Shown: positions 62,101-64,000 of the stretch, in pieces
Layout: the number at the start of each line of letters is the position of its first letter
Numbering within the stretch: the stretch's first letter is position 1
Assembly (NCBI RefSeq): GCF_009834535.1
Contig: NC_045699.1
Coordinates: 73,160,001-73,224,000 of the forward strand
Direction of reading: 5' to 3'
Length of the DNA: 64,000 nucleotides
From: Camelus ferus
Lineage: Eukaryota
Notes under the pieces: model-generated
Told to the model about the DNA's origin: nothing
The model's database searches: none
What the model saw: the letters and a program-made list of their open reading frames with translations, nothing else
Translations under genes and position numbers: made by a program

Positions 62101-63193
62101 TGTGGTGGACAGGTAGACCTCCCACCTCTGAACAGCCCGTCGCAGTTTACAGAGCACTTCACAGATGTGCGCCCTGGAGCCTCAGGGCCTAGGTCAGCGT
62201 TACTGACAGTTCCAGTGCTGCAGATGGGAGCCCTGAGGCCCAGAGATGGGGAGTGGCCGCTGCAGGCCCACACGACGCCTCCAGGGCACAGCTCTGCCCC
62301 CCCCCCCCCCCCGGGCCCGCGCATGCACTTCCCTAGCTTCGTCCAGGTGCCTGCAGGGGGGTGTCCTGGGCTTTTCTTGCCATCTTGGGATGACCCTGTT
62401 CTCCAGTGTGTGCCCAGGTGGGGCTCTGGGGTGATCAGAAGGACATGAGGGCACACGCCAGCTCCCCCCGGGCCTTGCACTGCCCTAAAATGCCCAGTCA
62501 GCAGTGGGATCTCGGCCCATGCAGTGAAATGAAGTGTCTTCACCTAGAAGACCGTCCTCCCAACACCCAGCCGCCTCTCTCCCGTGAGCTGGCCGGGCAG
62601 TCAGCTCTGACAGTCACAACATCAGTGACATGCGAGAGCCTGGGGCCCTCATCCCCTGAGAGAATTTACTCCTGAGTGGTCGGGAGGCCAGGATGTCCTA
62701 GATCAGCTCGTGGGTGGCTGAGGGGGCAAGTCCGTGGGCGCCGAGAGGCCAGCTCCGGGGGGCGGGCGGAGCTGCTGCCTGTCTCCGGGTGCCGGGAGGC
62801 AGGTGCTGTCCGAGAGGAGGCGGAGGGGCGGGCCCACGACTCCCTCCTCCTTATGGGAAGCGGCCCACACGGGGCTCCCAACACTGTGTGTCCGAGCCCA
62901 GGGCTCGGTGAGGTGGGCCAGCCCTGCGTGTGGCCAGGAGAGGCCTGGCGGTGGGGGCTGTGGGGTCGGGAGGGCAGCTGACCGGGTGGCCTTGGCCACG
63001 TTCCGCCTGCTTGCTAGGACCCTCGCTCTCAGCCCTGCCTCCTTCCTCACCAGGCCACCCTCTGGCCCCTCGCCTCTGGAGACGGGCTGCCCAGAGTGTC
63101 CTGTACCTGGAGCTGCTGGTGGCCGTGGGCCCTGACGTCCACGCGGTTCACGGGGAGGACACGGAGCGCTACGTCCTCACCAACCTCAACATG
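59148..63193 (+). CDS. ADAMTS13: von Willebrand factor-cleaving protease ADAMTS13, 5' part. Exons 59148-59249, 59593-59659, extra propeptide exons 60709-61001 and 61770-61917, then 63033-63193; continues beyond the window
   Basis: Signal peptide ...[20 protein letters not shown]. Exon 2 [11 protein letters not shown]. Metalloprotease start [38 protein letters not shown]. Syntenic position after REXO4. Confidence 0.95.
60709..61001 (+). CDS. ADAMTS13: ADAMTS13 extra propeptide exon A (reprolysin propeptide, N-terminal part)
   Basis: Acceptor gtctcctgtctcccgcag|TG (phase 1), donor GTG|GTGAGT (phase 0), 293 nt with no stop. Encodes VPQFDVAP...[27 protein letters not shown]...CFTGG...[11 protein letters not shown]. 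Confidence 0.85.
61770..61917 (+). CDS. ADAMTS13: ADAMTS13 extra propeptide exon B (reprolysin propeptide, C-terminal part)
   Basis: Acceptor ctctctcctttccag|GAG (phase 0), donor CCAG|GTACAG (phase 1), 148 nt with no stop. Encodes [49 protein letters not shown]. Confidence 0.85.
62140..62275 (-). mobile_element. MIR SINE fragment
   Basis: gcagtttacagagcacttcaca...cagatgggagccctgaggcccagagatggggagtggcc. Confidence 0.6.
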
Positions 63194-63705
63194 GTGGGTG
63201 CCCGCATGGGGAGCAGGCTCGTGGGCGGTGCTGACCCAGGGAGCGGACACAGCGTCGCACGCCTGGCGCTGCACGAAACATCAGTGGGCCAGCTTACTGG
63301 GTGGGCTGAACTCGGTATAAACCTGAGGCCGGGGTCGTGTTTGGGGCTCAGGGCCCTGGAGCAGGGAGAGGTGAAGCCTGCTCTTACCTCCCCTGCCCCC
63401 CTGGGGAGCACACCCCACAACCCCTTCACCCGGGGACACTCAAGCCTGGCCTCTCCCCCAGTGTCCCTTCGATCCATGGGCATCTTGGCAGGTACAGCCC
63501 TGGCAGCCAGTGGGGCTGCCGCCCCTAGGTGGTCCCGACTTCTGGACAAGCTGCCTCAAGTCCAGGGTAAACCCGCTTCAGTTTCCACCTGCAAACCGTG
63601 CAGATGGAAAATGCTCCCACTGAGACTTTTGTTTTCCCCACATTTGGCGCAGTTTTATTCACAGACTCCAGACACCCAGGCTGGGCCTGGCACAGAGGGT
63701 GTGGG

Positions 63706-63834
63706 TTTTTTTTTTTTAATTTCTTTTCTTTAATTCTGTTTTTTATTGAAGTGTAGTTGATTTACAATGTTAGTTTCAGGTGTACAGCAAAGTGACTCAG
63801 TTATACATACACGTATATATTTTTTCAGATTCTT
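63706..63834 (-). mobile_element. L1 LINE 3' end, interrupted by a SINE
   Basis: tttttattgaagtgtagttgatttacaatgttagtttcaggtgtacagcaaagtgactcagttatacatac. Confidence 0.85.
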
Positions 63835-63847
63835 AAAGTTTTAAAAA

Positions 63848-63985
63848 TTTATTATTATTTTTATTTTGGAGGGGAGAGGTGATTAGATTTATTTATTTAC
63901 TTCCTTAATGGAGGTGCTGGGGATTGAACCCAGGACCTCGTGCCTGCTAAGCACATGCTCTACCACTGAGCTGTACGCTCCCCCC
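63848..63985 (-). mobile_element. tRNA-Ala-derived SINE (vic-1-like) nested in the L1
   Basis: ggaggtgctggggattgaacccaggacctcgtgcctgctaagcacatgctctaccactgagct; L1-like ttttccagat resumes after it. Confidence 0.9.
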
Positions 63986-64000
63986 TCTAGTTTTCCAGAT

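Overview
GC-rich mammalian genomic DNA containing the Surfeit gene cluster and its neighbours, in the same order as human 9q34.2. From left to right: MED22/SURF5 (minus, 5' part only), RPL7A/SURF3 (plus, complete, with intronic C/D snoRNAs), SURF1 (minus), SURF2 (plus), SURF4 (minus), STKLD1 (plus, pseudokinase), REXO4 (minus) and the 5' end of ADAMTS13 (plus). All exon chains were traced by eye through GT-AG junctions, and the six complete genes close in frame. Seven tRNA-Ala-like SINEs of the camelid (vic-1-like) type suggest a camel, alpaca or llama genome (inference). Three observations stand out. (1) What is intron 2 in human ADAMTS13 holds two intact, frame-preserving exons (293 + 148 nt) encoding a full reprolysin-type propeptide of 147 extra residues; human has only a 41-residue propeptide. 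The furin site also lacks the canonical P4 Arg. (2) RPL7A carries two SNORD24 copies with complementary defects, plus a dual-guide SNORD36B-like copy with a broken C box. (3) The STKLD1 start codon equivalent to human Met1 now opens an 11-codon uORF, and STKLD1 and REXO4 have poly(A) signals facing each other 7 nt apart. There is one assembly gap (32455-32737). Comparisons with human proteins and rRNA numbering come from recall, not from a database search.
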